Shown here: positions 32,761-43,803 of the stretch, piece by piece | How positions within the stretch are numbered: the first letter of the stretch is position 1 | Layout of the letters: the number at the start of each line of letters is the position of its first letter | Assembly (NCBI RefSeq): GCF_013315695.1 | Contig: NZ_CP054353.1 | Length of the DNA: 64,000 nt | Strand: one strand, 5' to 3' | Source of the DNA: Escherichia coli | GTDB taxonomy: Bacteria; Pseudomonadota; Gammaproteobacteria; Enterobacterales; Enterobacteriaceae | Notes under the pieces: generated by a model | What the model was told of the DNA's origin: nothing | Databases searched by the model: none | Seen by the model: only the letters and a program-made list of their open reading frames with translations | Program-made: the position numbers and the translations under genes

Positions 32761-33624
32761 TTAAATGCTTTTACCAAAAGTATTGCATTGTGCCGGATCG
32801 CCGCTGTCGAAACCACGTTTAAACCAGCTGTAGCGTTGCTGAGAAGTGCCATGAGTGAAACTGTCTGGTACTACTCGCCCCTGACTTTGCTGTTGTAAAC
32901 GGTCATCGCCGATGGCCTGCGCCGCGTTCAGCGCCTCTTCCAGATCGCCGGTTTCCAGAACACCTTGCTGCTGCATACTATGCCCCCAGACACCGGCAAA
33001 ACAGTCGGCCTGGAGTTCCATACGCACAGATAAGCGGTTCACTTCCGCCTGCGTCGCGTTTTGTTGCAGTTGACGAACTTTCGGCTCGATGCCTAACAGT
33101 TTCTGCACATGATGACCGACTTCATGAGCGATAACGTACCCCTGGGCAAAATCGCCATCCGCGCCAAGTTTGTCTTTCATGTCATCATAGAAGGAGAGAT
33201 CGATATAAACTGTGCCATCCGCCGGGCAATAGAATGGCCCCATTATGGACTGGCCCGCCCCGCAGCCGGTACGCGTCATTCCACGGTACATGACCAGCTT
33301 CGGTTGCTGATAGGTTTTACCCATCTTCTCGAATTGCTGTCCCCAGGTGTCTTCCGTGGTTGCCAGAATCACCGAGGTGAATTTTGCGGCTTCGTCTTCA
33401 TTAGGGCTAATTGACCGCGTTGATTGCTGTTGGGAAACCGGCTGTCCGGTCATCAACCCGGTTAAATCAACGCCATAGTAGCCTGCAACCAGCACGACTA
33501 TCAGTAAAATCAGCCCGCCTTTACCGCTTGGCAGGCGAAAACCGGGACCGCCCATTGACGGACCGCCGGAGCTATTGCGCCTGTCTTCAACATTGTCACT
33601 TTCACGTCGCCCTTGCCAACGCAT
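32761..33624 (-). CDS. ypfJ: YpfJ, putative neutral zinc metallopeptidase family protein
   Basis: 287-aa ORF with N-terminal TM segment and HEVGHH zinc-binding motif. Confidence 0.88.
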
Positions 33625-33791
33625 AGATACCTCAACAATATATTCATTATAGAAATGATCGTAGGTGGTTCAGAGGAAGATTACCACAGGAAAGCGGGAT
33701 GAAATGGCGGAGGAATGAGCGTTCAATGCACATCTTATGAGAGCGGTTGTCTTGCCGTGCCAGCAGCACGGCAAGATGATGAATAGAAAAA

Positions 33792-34505
33792 TCAGTCCAG
33801 CTGTACACCCAGGCGGCGGGCAACGGCTTCATAGGCTTCGATCAGGCCACCGAGGCTCTGGCGGAAACGGTCTTTGTCCATTTTCTCCAGCGTTTCTTTG
33901 TCCCACAGGCGGCTGCCGTCCGGGGAGAACTCATCGCCCAGAACCACTTCGCCTTTGTACAGACCAAACTCCAGCTTGAAGTCGACCAGAATGAGACCAG
34001 CATCATCGAACAGTTTTTTCAGCACGTCGTTCGCTTTGTAGGTCAGCTCTTTCATACGCGCCAGGTTCTCTTTGCTCACCCAGCCAAAGGTTTCGCAGTA
34101 AGATTCGTTGACCATCGGATCGTGCATGGCGTCGTTTTTCAGGAACAGATCGAACAGTGGCGGGTTCAGCTCAATACCTTCTTCGATTCCAAGACGTTTC
34201 ACCAGAGAGCCAGCAGCACGGTTACGCACGACACACTCAACCGGCACCATATCCAGCTTTTTCACCAGACATTCGGTATCGGAGAGCAGACGCTCCATTT
34301 GAGTCGGGATACCTGCTTCAGCCAGTTTGCTCATAATGAAGTAGTTGAACTTGTTGTTCACCATACCTTTGCGATCAAACTGCTCAATGCGCGCGCCATC
34401 CCCTGCTGACGTATCATTGCGGAATTCGAGCACCAACAGGTCCGGGTTTTCCGTGCTGTATACGGTTTTCGCTTTACCACGATACAACTCAGCTTGCTTT
34501 TGCAT
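33792..34505 (-). CDS. purC: SAICAR synthetase PurC
   Basis: 237-aa product [28 protein letters not shown]... Confidence 0.95.
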
Positions 34506-34568
34506 CTTTATCACTCCTGGGTGTGAATTAACGTTTTAAAATCTTTTGCTGTCTGGTGTGCCGGATGT

Positions 34569-34607
<39 letters not shown>

Positions 34608-34658
34608 CCGACAAACAAATTTCGTGCGAATTACCGCTAAAATCGCATTTTTCTGCCG

Positions 34659-34674
34659 ACGCACACGTTTGCGT
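34659..34674 (-). promoter_or_regulatory. Candidate PurR operator (PUR box) upstream of purC
   Basis: ACGCACACGTTTGCGT, one mismatch to the palindromic PurR consensus ACGCAAACGTTTGCGT. Confidence 0.55.
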
Positions 34675-34717
34675 ATCATATCAGAAAAAAGGGCCGGATG
34701 ACTCCAGCCCTGTATTT

Positions 34718-35752
34718 TTACTTGCTAAACGCAGCCTGGAAGACAGATACCAGCGCGTCATTCTGACTCTGAGTCAGAGTATGACCTTTCGGATCGATGA
34801 ACTGTAGGCTGCTGCGGTTATCTAAATCGCCAACCTGCAGTTTATAGTCACCGGATGCCAGGCCTGGATCGCTCGCGCCCAGTTCCTGCCAGTCGCTGTC
34901 AGACAGCGGCTTGTAAGTTACGGCCATGTTACCCTGCGAACGGGTGCTGTCGGTCACTTTCATGCCCACTTTTTCCAGCGCCGCTGGCAGACGTTGCCAA
35001 ACCACATTGAACGGCCCGCGTACGACCAGCATCGGTAAACCGGTGTCATCAGCTGCACTTTGTACGTCCATAGTGGTGGAGGCACGATTTTGCGCAGCGT
35101 TCGCGGCGTCAGTGGCAGATTTATCCAGACCGGCGGAAATAACGTTCATCATCTCCGTGCTGTAACGCTGCATGGAAGCCGCGTCTGCAACCGGTTTGCC
35201 CGCCTGTTCCAGGTTCAGCAGTTTAACCGTAACCGCCTGCTGATAACCCTGCGGCTTAACAGAGATTTGATAACGACCACGATACTGCTCGTCTTCGTCC
35301 AGACGGTTCCATTGTACCCAATCGGTGGTCAGTGTCTGACCAGCGTCATCACGTTGGGTGATGGTGTAGTTTTTCGCCTGCAGCACGCTAACCACCTGCG
35401 GCCACAGAGTATTGCCACGACCATTTTCCACCAGCAATGAAGCGGTATCGCCCGTGAACTGGGTACGCGCGCCAGAAACCAGTGCCAGCGGCTGGGCTGG
35501 TGGACGAATGTCCAGCGCCTTACCGACAGCACCACTACCGTTGGTCACCGGGATTGCATAATCACCGGAGGTCACCGGCAAAATCATTCCAGCCGGGGCA
35601 TGAAGCTCCGCAAGCGGTGCCGCTTCCAGGTAGGCTTCATCACCACTGACCTGACGCTTATAGCGTGAGTCAGAACTACAGGCAGCGAGTAATAAAACAA
35701 GCGAAACACCCGCAACCTTTGCCAGGCGCGACTTTTGAACAGAGTAAGCCAT
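34718..35752 (-). CDS. bamC: Outer membrane lipoprotein BamC (NlpB)
   Basis: 344-aa product with lipobox LLAAC|SS. Confidence 0.93.
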   Translation of the reverse strand: MAYSVQKSRLAKVAGVSLVLLLAACSSDSRYKRQVSGDEAYLEAAPLAELHAPAGMILPVTSGDYAIPVTNGSGAVGKALDIRPPAQPLALVSGARTQFTGDTASLLVENGRGNTLWPQVVSVLQAKNYTITQRDDAGQTLTTDWVQWNRLDEDEQYRGRYQISVKPQGYQQAVTVKLLNLEQAGKPVADAASMQRYSTEMMNVISAGLDKSATDAANAAQNRASTTMDVQSAADDTGLPMLVVRGPFNVVWQRLPAALEKVGMKVTDSTRSQGNMAVTYKPLSDSDWQELGASDPGLASGDYKLQVGDLDNRSSLQFIDPKGHTLTQSQNDALVSVFQAAFSK

Positions 35753-35768
35753 CAAATCTCCCTAAACT

Positions 35769-36647
35769 TTACAGCAAACCGGCATGCTTAAGCGCCGCTC
35801 TGACCGTCTCACGACCACTGTCGGTGATTGGTGTCATTGGCAGGCGCAGCGTATCGGTCGCCACAAGACCCAGTTCCTTACATGCCCATTTCACCGGGAT
35901 TGGATTGGGTTCGACAAATAGTTTGTTGTGTAATGGCATCAGACGCTGATTAATAACGCGTGCCTCGGCAAAATGCCCTTCTGCTGCCAGTTTGCACATC
36001 TGGGCCATATCACGCGCTGCGACGTTAGCCGTAACGGAAATAACCCCATGACCGCCCAATTGCATGAAGTCCAGCGCGCTCGCATCATCGCCGCTCAGCA
36101 GAACAAAATCATCTGAAACCAGCTCTTTGATCTGGTTTACACGCGTTAAGTTCCCTGTTGCCTCTTTGATTCCGATAATATTTTTTACTTTCGCCAGACG
36201 GCCCACCGTTTCCGGGAGCAGATCGCAGCCAGTACGGGACGGCACATTATACAGAATTTGCGGCAGGTCAGTATGTTCAGCGATGGCTTTGAAATGCTGA
36301 TACAAACCTTCTTGCGACGGACGATTGTAGTAAGGGGTTACCGTCAGGCAGCCGACGATACCGCTGTCATTGAAGCGCTGCGTCAGGCTAATGGCTTCCG
36401 CAGTAGCGTTAGCACCGGTCCCGGCAATCACCGGAATGCGCCCGTCAGCCAGCTCCAGCGTCATCATCACCACATCAGCATGTTCGTCATGATTTAAGGT
36501 AGCGGACTCGCCAGTGGTGCCAACAGAAACGATCGCCGAAGTACCGCTGGCGACATGATAATCAATCAGTTTTTTCAAGCTAGCCCGACAGACATTACCT
36601 TTTTCATCCATCGGAGTAACAATCGCGACAATACTTCCCGTGAACAT
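35769..36647 (-). CDS. dapA: 4-hydroxy-tetrahydrodipicolinate synthase DapA
   Basis: 292-aa product [19 protein letters not shown]... Confidence 0.95.
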   Translation of the reverse strand: MFTGSIVAIVTPMDEKGNVCRASLKKLIDYHVASGTSAIVSVGTTGESATLNHDEHADVVMMTLELADGRIPVIAGTGANATAEAISLTQRFNDSGIVGCLTVTPYYNRPSQEGLYQHFKAIAEHTDLPQILYNVPSRTGCDLLPETVGRLAKVKNIIGIKEATGNLTRVNQIKELVSDDFVLLSGDDASALDFMQLGGHGVISVTANVAARDMAQMCKLAAEGHFAEARVINQRLMPLHNKLFVEPNPIPVKWACKELGLVATDTLRLPMTPITDSGRETVRAALKHAGLL

Positions 36648-36792
36648 GGGCCATCCTCTGTGCAAACAAGTGTCTCAATGGTACGTTTGGTATGGCATTA
36701 AAAGCAAGCAGACAGAACCGTTCTGATTGTTGTATGCATGTTTTTTTTATGCTTTCCTTAAGAACAACTCACCCCTTGAAGGAATAACCAGT

Positions 36793-37365
36793 TTGACACT
36801 GTCATCGCAACATTATCTGGTGATCACTGCGTTGGGTGCCGATCGCCCTGGAATAGTGAACACCATCACCCGTCATGTCAGTAGTTGCGGCTGTAATATT
36901 GAAGACAGTCGCCTGGCGATGCTGGGAGAAGAGTTCACGTTTATCATGCTGCTTTCCGGTTCATGGAATGCCATTACTCTGATTGAATCAACGTTACCGT
37001 TGAAAGGTGCCGAACTGGATCTTTTAATCGTGATGAAGCGCACGACGGCGCGTCCGCGTCCGCCAATGCCAGCATCTGTCTGGGTTCAGGTCGATGTGGC
37101 AGACTCCCCGCATTTAATTGAACGCTTCACAGCACTTTTCGACGCGCATCATATGAACATTGCGGAACTGGTGTCACGCACGCAACCTGCTGAAAATGAA
37201 CGGGCTGCGCAGTTGCATATTCAGATTACTGCCCACAGCCCCGCATCTGCGGACGCAGCAAATATTGAGCAAGCGTTCAAAGCCCTATGTACAGAACTCA
37301 ATGCACAAGGCAGTATTAACGTCGTCAATTATTCCCAACATGATGAACAGGATGGAGTTAAGTAA
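36793..37365 (+). CDS. gcvR: Glycine cleavage system transcriptional repressor GcvR (TTG start)
   Basis: 190-aa product (M)TLSSQHYLVITALGADRPGIV... begins at TTG 36793; ACT-domain pair. Confidence 0.85.
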   Translation: MTLSSQHYLVITALGADRPGIVNTITRHVSSCGCNIEDSRLAMLGEEFTFIMLLSGSWNAITLIESTLPLKGAELDLLIVMKRTTARPRPPMPASVWVQVDVADSPHLIERFTALFDAHHMNIAELVSRTQPAENERAAQLHIQITAHSPASADAANIEQAFKALCTELNAQGSINVVNYSQHDEQDGVK

Positions 37366-37835
37366 TGAATCCACTGAAAGCCGGTGATATCGCACCGAAA
37401 TTTAGCTTGCCGGATCAAGACGGAGAACAAGTTAATTTGACCGACTTCCAGGGACAGCGTGTTCTGGTTTATTTCTACCCGAAAGCCATGACCCCCGGCT
37501 GTACCGTACAGGCCTGCGGCTTACGCGATAACATGGATGAGTTGAAAAAAGCGGGCGTTGATGTGCTGGGTATCAGCACCGATAAACCCGAAAAACTCTC
37601 CCGTTTTGCGGAAAAAGAGCTGCTTAACTTTACGCTCCTGTCTGATGAGGACCACCAGGTGTGCGAACAATTCGGCGTCTGGGGTGAAAAGTCCTTCATG
37701 GGCAAAACCTACGATGGTATTCATCGCATCAGCTTCCTGATTGACGCTGATGGCAAAATCGAACATGTCTTTGACGATTTCAAAACCAGCAATCACCACG
37801 ACGTTGTGCTGAACTGGCTGAAAGAACACGCCTGA
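37365..37835 (+). CDS. bcp: Thiol peroxidase Bcp (peroxiredoxin)
   Basis: 156-aa ORF with FYPKAMTPGCT peroxidatic-Cys motif; TAATG overlap with gcvR. Confidence 0.95.
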   Translation: MNPLKAGDIAPKFSLPDQDGEQVNLTDFQGQRVLVYFYPKAMTPGCTVQACGLRDNMDELKKAGVDVLGISTDKPEKLSRFAEKELLNFTLLSDEDHQVCEQFGVWGEKSFMGKTYDGIHRISFLIDADGKIEHVFDDFKTSNHHDVVLNWLKEHA

Positions 37836-38030
37836 TTACTTTGCTCCATTCCGTGCTGGCTGTGCTTGCGGCCAGCACACCTCACTTCTCGTGATCAAGA
37901 TCACATTCTCGCTTTCCCCTGCGACACGGGTGTCGAATCCATTTATTGCTGAACGTTAATGACCATCATTTTTGTACCGTTCAGAATCCAGTTAACACAT
38001 AAATTATTGAATATATTAAATTAATCAGAC

Positions 38031-38046
38031 TGGCATCCTTTATGCA
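38031..38046 (+). promoter_or_regulatory. Sigma-54 (-24/-12) promoter of the hyf operon
   Basis: TGGCATCCTTTATGCA: GG at 38032-33 and GC at 38044-45 with canonical spacing, about 40 bp upstream of hyfA ATG; consistent with a sigma-54 activator (HyfR) encoded in the operon. Confidence 0.65.
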
Positions 38047-38087
38047 ATATGAAATGCAATGTTTCATATCATTTTCAAGGAGCCGAC

Positions 38088-38705
38088 ATGAACCGCTTTG
38101 TGGTGGCCGAACCACTGTGGTGTACAGGATGTAATACCTGTCTCGCTGCCTGTTCGGACGTGCATAAAACGCAAGGTTTACAGCAACACCCGCGCCTGGC
38201 CCTGGCGAAGACGTCAACACTCACTGCCCCTGTCGTGTGTCATCACTGTGAGGAAGCCCCTTGCCTGCAGGTCTGCCCGGTCAATGCCATCTCCCAGAGG
38301 GATGATGCGATCCAACTCAACGAAAGCCTTTGTATTGGTTGCAAGCTTTGCGCCGTGGTCTGCCCATTTGGCGCAATCAGCGCTTCAGGAAGCCGTCCGG
38401 TGAATGCCCCTGCGCAATATGTTTTTCAGGCTGAGGGCTCACTCAAAGACGGCGAAGAAAACGTGTCGACCCAACATGCTTTGCTGCGCTGGGAACCGGG
38501 TGTCCAGACCGTCGCGGTGAAATGCGACCTGTGTGATTTCTTGCCAGAAGGTCCGGCCTGCGTTCGCGCTTGTCCGAATCAGGCGTTACGGCTGATCACC
38601 GACGATAGCCTGCAACGTCAGATGAAAGAAAAACAGCGCCTTGCCGCAAGCTGGTTTGCCAATGGCGGGGAGGATCCCCTTTCCCTCACTCAGGAGCAAC
38701 GCTAA
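38088..38705 (+). CDS. hyfA: Hydrogenase-4 component A, 4Fe-4S ferredoxin-type subunit
   Basis: 205-aa product MNRFVVAEPLWCTGCNTC... with several CxxCxxCxxxCP motifs; GGAG SD. Confidence 0.92.
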   Translation: MNRFVVAEPLWCTGCNTCLAACSDVHKTQGLQQHPRLALAKTSTLTAPVVCHHCEEAPCLQVCPVNAISQRDDAIQLNESLCIGCKLCAVVCPFGAISASGSRPVNAPAQYVFQAEGSLKDGEENVSTQHALLRWEPGVQTVAVKCDLCDFLPEGPACVRACPNQALRLITDDSLQRQMKEKQRLAASWFANGGEDPLSLTQEQR

Positions 38706-40723
38706 TGGATGCCCTGCAATTATTAACCTGGTCGCTGATCCTCTATCTGTTTGCCAGTCTGGCTTCGCTGTTTTTACTCGGTCTGGACAGACTGGCTATT
38801 AAGCTTTCCGGCATCACATCGCTGGTGGGCGGCGCGATTGGCATCATCAGCGGAATTACGCAATTACATGCAGGCGTAACTTTAGTCGCCCGTTTTGCCA
38901 CACCTTTTGAATTTGCCGATTTAACCCTGCGAATGGATAGCCTCTCGGCATTTATGGTGCTGGTTATCTCCTTGCTGGTGGTGTTTTGTTCGCTCTATTC
39001 ATTGACTTATATGCGCGAATACGAGGGTAAAGGCGCGGCGGCGATGGGCTTCTTTATGAATCTTTTCATCGCATCGATGGTTGCCCTGCTGGTGATGGAC
39101 AACGCTTTTTGGTTCATCGTGCTGTTTGAAATGATGTCGCTGTCTTCCTGGTTTCTGGTCATTGCCAGGCAGGATAAAACGTCGATCAACGCTGGCATGC
39201 TCTACTTTTTTATCGCCCACGCCGGATCGGTGCTGATTATGATCGCCTTCTTGCTGATGGGGCGCGAAAGCGGCAGCCTCGATTTTGCCAGTTTCCGCAC
39301 GCATTCACTTTCTCCGGGGCTGGCGTCGGCGGTGTTCCTGCTGGCCTTCTTCGGTTTTGGCGCGAAAGCCGGGATGATGCCGTTGCACAGCTGGTTGCCG
39401 CGCGCTCACCCTGCCGCACCATCGCACGCTTCGGCGTTGATGTCTGGCGTAATGGTCAAAATCGGTATTTTCGGCATCCTTAAAGTAGCGATGGATCTGC
39501 TGGCGCAAACGGGTTTGCCGCTGTGGTGGGGCATTCTGGTGATGGCGATCGGCGCAATCTCCGCGCTCCTGGGCGTGCTGTATGCGCTGGCGGAACAGGA
39601 TATCAAACGGCTGCTGGCCTGGAGTACCGTCGAAAACGTCGGCATTATTTTGCTGGCGGTCGGTGTGGCGATGGTCGGTCTGTCACTGCACGACCCGCTG
39701 CTCACCGTTGTTGGACTGCTCGGCGCGCTGTTTCATCTGCTCAACCATGCGCTGTTCAAAGGGCTGCTGTTTCTCGGCGCGGGTGCGATTATTTCGCGTT
39801 TGCATACCCACGACATGGAAAAAATGGGGGCACTGGCGAAACGTATGCCGTGGACAGCCGCAGCATGCCTGATTGGTTGCCTCGCGATATCAGCCATTCC
39901 TCCGCTGAATGGTTTTATCAGCGAATGGTACACCTGGCAGTCGCTGTTCTCACTAAGTCGTGTGGAAGCCGTAGCGCTACAACTTGCGGGTCCTATTGCT
40001 ATGGTGATGCTGGCAGTCACTGGTGGGCTGGCAGTAATGTGCTTCGTCAAAATGTACGGTATTACTTTCTGTGGAGCGCCGCGCAGTACACACGCTGAAG
40101 AGGCACAGGAAGTGCCAAATACGATGATCGTCGCCATGCTACTGCTCGCGGCACTCTGCGTATTCATTGCGCTTAGTGCCAGTTGGCTGGCACCGAAGAT
40201 AATGCACATTGCCCATGCGTTTACCAATACCCCTCCCGTCACTGTCGCCAGCGGAATAGCACTTGTACCCGGCACGTTTCATACACGGGTCACTCCCTCA
40301 TTACTGTTGCTGTTACTACTGGCGATGCCTTTGCTGCCTGGCCTTTACTGGCTGTGGTGTCGTTCGCGCCGCGCAGCGTTTCGTCGCACAGGAGATGCCT
40401 GGGCATGCGGCTACGGCTGGGATAATGCGATGGCCCCGTCAGGCAATGGCGTGATGCAGCCGCTGCGTGTGGTCTTTTGTGCGCTATTTCGTCTACGACA
40501 ACAGCTCGACCCTACGCTGAGGCTGAACAAAGGTCTTGCGCACGTCACCGCCAGGGCTCAGAGCACAGAACCCTTCTGGGATGAGCGGGTGATCCGCCCC
40601 ATCGTGAGCGCCACCCAACGGCTGGCCAAAGAAATACAGCATCTGCAAAGCGGCGACTTTCGTCTCTATTGCCTGTATGTGGTCGCCGCACTGGTTGTGC
40701 TGCTAATCGCTATTGCCGTCTAA
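38705..40723 (+). CDS. hyfB: Hydrogenase-4 membrane subunit B (NuoL/Mrp antiporter-like)
   Basis: 672-aa polytopic ORF. Confidence 0.92.
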   Translation: MDALQLLTWSLILYLFASLASLFLLGLDRLAIKLSGITSLVGGAIGIISGITQLHAGVTLVARFATPFEFADLTLRMDSLSAFMVLVISLLVVFCSLYSLTYMREYEGKGAAAMGFFMNLFIASMVALLVMDNAFWFIVLFEMMSLSSWFLVIARQDKTSINAGMLYFFIAHAGSVLIMIAFLLMGRESGSLDFASFRTHSLSPGLASAVFLLAFFGFGAKAGMMPLHSWLPRAHPAAPSHASALMSGVMVKIGIFGILKVAMDLLAQTGLPLWWGILVMAIGAISALLGVLYALAEQDIKRLLAWSTVENVGIILLAVGVAMVGLSLHDPLLTVVGLLGALFHLLNHALFKGLLFLGAGAIISRLHTHDMEKMGALAKRMPWTAAACLIGCLAISAIPPLNGFISEWYTWQSLFSLSRVEAVALQLAGPIAMVMLAVTGGLAVMCFVKMYGITFCGAPRSTHAEEAQEVPNTMIVAMLLLAALCVFIALSASWLAPKIMHIAHAFTNTPPVTVASGIALVPGTFHTRVTPSLLLLLLLAMPLLPGLYWLWCRSRRAAFRRTGDAWACGYGWDNAMAPSGNGVMQPLRVVFCALFRLRQQLDPTLRLNKGLAHVTARAQSTEPFWDERVIRPIVSATQRLAKEIQHLQSGDFRLYCLYVVAALVVLLIAIAV

Positions 40724-40733
40724 GGAAATCACC

Positions 40734-41681
40734 ATGAGACAAACTCTTTGCGACGGATATCTGATCATTTTTGCGTTAGCACAGGCCGTGATTCTGCTGG
40801 CGCTAACCCCGCTTTTTACGGGGATTTCCCGGCAGATACGCGCGCGAATGCACTCCCGTCGCGGACCGGGGATCTGGCAGGATTATCGCGATATCCACAA
40901 ACTGTTTAAACGCCAGGAAGTTGCGCCGACATCTTCAGGTCTGATGTTCCGCCTGATGCCGTGGGTATTAATCAGCAGCATGCTGGTGCTGGCGATGGCC
41001 CTACCACTATTTATTACCGTTTCCCCTTTTGCGGGCGGCGGCGATCTGATCACCCTTATCTATCTTCTTGCCCTGTTTCGTTTTTTCTTTGCTCTTTCCG
41101 GGCTGGATACCGGAAGCCCGTTTGCGGGAGTCGGTGCCAGTCGCGAGTTGACGCTCGGCATTCTGGTCGAACCCATGCTCATTCTCTCACTGCTGGTATT
41201 GGCGCTGATAGCGGATTCCACGCATATCGAGATGATCAGCAAGACGCTGGCGACGGGCTGGAACTCGCCGCTAACCACCGTACTGGCGTTACTGGCCTGT
41301 GGTTTTGCCTGCTTCATTGAGATGGGAAAAATTCCCTTTGATGTTGCTGAAGCAGAACAGGAATTACAGGAAGGCCCGCTGACCGAATATTCCGGTGCCG
41401 GGCTGGCGCTGGCGAAGTTGGGGCTGGGGCTGAAACAGGTCGTGATGGCATCACTGTTTGTGGCCCTGTTTCTGCCCTTTGGGCGCGCGCAAGAACTTTC
41501 TCTCGCCTGCCTGCTGACTTCACTTGTCGTTACGCTGCTCAAGGTTTTGCTGATTTTTGTACTGGCCTCAATCGCAGAAAACACGCTGGCACGCGGGCGT
41601 TTTTTACTCATTCACCATGTGACCTGGCTTGGCTTCAGCCTTGCTGCGCTTGCCTGGGTCTTCTGGTTAACCGGTCTGTAA
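40734..41681 (+). CDS. hyfC: Hydrogenase-4 membrane subunit C (NuoH-like)
   Basis: 315-aa product from ATG 40734 (MRQTLCDGYLIIFALAQ...). Confidence 0.9.
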   Translation: MRQTLCDGYLIIFALAQAVILLALTPLFTGISRQIRARMHSRRGPGIWQDYRDIHKLFKRQEVAPTSSGLMFRLMPWVLISSMLVLAMALPLFITVSPFAGGGDLITLIYLLALFRFFFALSGLDTGSPFAGVGASRELTLGILVEPMLILSLLVLALIADSTHIEMISKTLATGWNSPLTTVLALLACGFACFIEMGKIPFDVAEAEQELQEGPLTEYSGAGLALAKLGLGLKQVVMASLFVALFLPFGRAQELSLACLLTSLVVTLLKVLLIFVLASIAENTLARGRFLLIHHVTWLGFSLAALAWVFWLTGL

Positions 41682-41697
41682 GGAGCACTGACGGAAT

Positions 41698-43137
41698 ATG
41701 GAAAATCTTGCTCTGACGACGTTATTGCTGCCTTTTATCGGCGCACTGGTCGTTTCGTTTTCGCCACAACGTCGGGCCGCCGAATGGGGGATTTTGTTCG
41801 CCGCGCTGACCACGCTGTGCATGTTGTCGCTGATCTCCGCGTTTTATCAGGCCGATAAAGTTGCCGTCACGTTAACGTTGGTCCACGTGGGGGATGTGGC
41901 GTTGTTTGGCCTGGTCATTGATCGCGTGAGTACGCTGATTCTGTTTGTGGTGGTGTTCCTCGGTTTGCTGGTCACGATCTACTCCACGGGTTATCTGACG
42001 GATAAAAATCGCGAACACCCGCATAACGGCACGAATCGTTATTACGCATTTTTGCTGGTTTTTATCGGCGCGATGGCGGGACTGGTACTCTCCTCGACGC
42101 TGCTCGGTCAGTTGTTGTTTTTTGAAATTACGGGCGGCTGCTCCTGGGCGTTGATCAGTTATTACCAGAGCGATAAAGCGCAGCGTTCAGCACTAAAAGC
42201 GTTACTTATCACTCATATCGGTTCGCTGGGGTTGTATCTTGCCGCCGCCACGCTGTTTTTGCAGACCGGAACGTTTGCGCTCAGCGCTATGAGCGAGTTA
42301 CACGGCGACGCACGTTATCTGGTTTATGGCGGCATCCTGTTTGCCGCGTGGGGGAAATCGGCCCAGCTACCGATGCAAGCGTGGCTACCGGATGCAATGG
42401 AAGCGCCAACACCGATCAGCGCCTATCTCCACGCCGCATCGATGGTGAAAGTGGGCGTTTACATTTTTGCCCGTGCCATTATCGACGGCGGCAATATCCC
42501 GCATGTGATTGGCGGCGTTGGCATGGTTATGGCACTGGTCACCATTCTTTACGGCTTCCTGATGTATTTGCCACAGCAGGATATGAAGCGGTTGCTGGCC
42601 TGGTCGACCATCACTCAACTTGGCTGGATGTTTTTCGGCTTGTCGCTCTCCATCTTCGGCTCGCGACTGGCGCTGGAGGGCAGCATCGCCTACATCGTCA
42701 ACCACGCGTTCGCTAAAAGCCTATTTTTCCTTGTAGCAGGTGCGCTGAGTTACAGCTGCGGCACGCGCTTGTTGCCGCGTCTGCGTGGCGTATTGCACAC
42801 CCTGCCGTTGCCAGGCGTGGGTTTCTGCGTAGCCGCGCTGGCGATTACTGGCGTACCGCCGTTCAACGGCTTCTTCAGTAAATTCCCGCTGTTTGCTGCC
42901 GGTTTTTCGTTGTCAGTGGAGTACTGGATCCTGCTGCCCGCCATGATTCTGCTGATGATTGAATCGGTCGCCAGTTTCGCCTGGTTTATTCGCTGGTTTG
43001 GTCGCGTCGTGCCTGGCAAACCGAGCGAGGCCGTCGCCGATGCCGCACCGCTGCCAGGATCAATGCGCCTGGTGTTGATTGTACTGATTGTGATGTCGCT
43101 GATTTCCAGCGTAATCGCCGCGACCTGGTTGCAGTAA
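41698..43137 (+). CDS. hyfD: Hydrogenase-4 membrane subunit D (antiporter-like)
   Basis: 479-aa polytopic ORF. Confidence 0.92.
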   Translation: MENLALTTLLLPFIGALVVSFSPQRRAAEWGILFAALTTLCMLSLISAFYQADKVAVTLTLVHVGDVALFGLVIDRVSTLILFVVVFLGLLVTIYSTGYLTDKNREHPHNGTNRYYAFLLVFIGAMAGLVLSSTLLGQLLFFEITGGCSWALISYYQSDKAQRSALKALLITHIGSLGLYLAAATLFLQTGTFALSAMSELHGDARYLVYGGILFAAWGKSAQLPMQAWLPDAMEAPTPISAYLHAASMVKVGVYIFARAIIDGGNIPHVIGGVGMVMALVTILYGFLMYLPQQDMKRLLAWSTITQLGWMFFGLSLSIFGSRLALEGSIAYIVNHAFAKSLFFLVAGALSYSCGTRLLPRLRGVLHTLPLPGVGFCVAALAITGVPPFNGFFSKFPLFAAGFSLSVEYWILLPAMILLMIESVASFAWFIRWFGRVVPGKPSEAVADAAPLPGSMRLVLIVLIVMSLISSVIAATWLQ

Positions 43138-43148
43138 GGAGATGATGA

Positions 43149-43799
43149 ATGACCGGTTCTATGATCGTAAATAATCTGGCGGGACTGATGATGCTGACAT
43201 CGCTGTTTGTGATTAGCGTCAAAAGCTATCGCCTGTCATGCGGATTTTACGCCTGCCAGTCGCTGGTGCTGGTGTCTATTTTCGCCACTCTCTCGTGTCT
43301 GTTCGTCGCAGAGCAACTGCTGATCTGGTCCGCCAGCGCCTTTATCACCAAAGTGCTGCTGGTACCGTTAATCATGATTTACGCTGCACGAAATATTCCC
43401 CAGAACATCCCGGAAAAAGCGTTATTCGGTCCGGCAATGATGGCATTGCTCGCGGCATTAATTGTCCTGCTTTGCGCATTTGTCGTTCAGTCCGTGAAGC
43501 TACCGATGGCTACCGGGCTGAAACCGGCGCTGGCGGTGGCGTTAGGTCATTTTCTGCTTGGCCTGCTGTGCATTGTCAGCCAGCGCAATATCCTGCGGCA
43601 AATTTTTGGTTACTGCCTGATGGAAAACGGCTCCCATCTGGTGCTGGCGCTTCTAGCCTGGCGTGCACCGGAACTGGTGGAAATTGGTATCGCTACCGAC
43701 GCCATCTTCGCCGTCATTGTGATGGTGTTACTGGCAAGAAAAATATGGCGTACCCACGGCACGCTGGACGTGAACAACTTGACCGCGCTGAAGGGATAA
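43149..43799 (+). CDS. hyfE: Hydrogenase-4 membrane subunit E
   Basis: 216-aa hydrophobic ORF. Confidence 0.9.
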   Translation: MTGSMIVNNLAGLMMLTSLFVISVKSYRLSCGFYACQSLVLVSIFATLSCLFVAEQLLIWSASAFITKVLLVPLIMIYAARNIPQNIPEKALFGPAMMALLAALIVLLCAFVVQSVKLPMATGLKPALAVALGHFLLGLLCIVSQRNILRQIFGYCLMENGSHLVLALLAWRAPELVEIGIATDAIFAVIVMVLLARKIWRTHGTLDVNNLTALKG

Positions 43800-43803
43800 T
43801 GAG

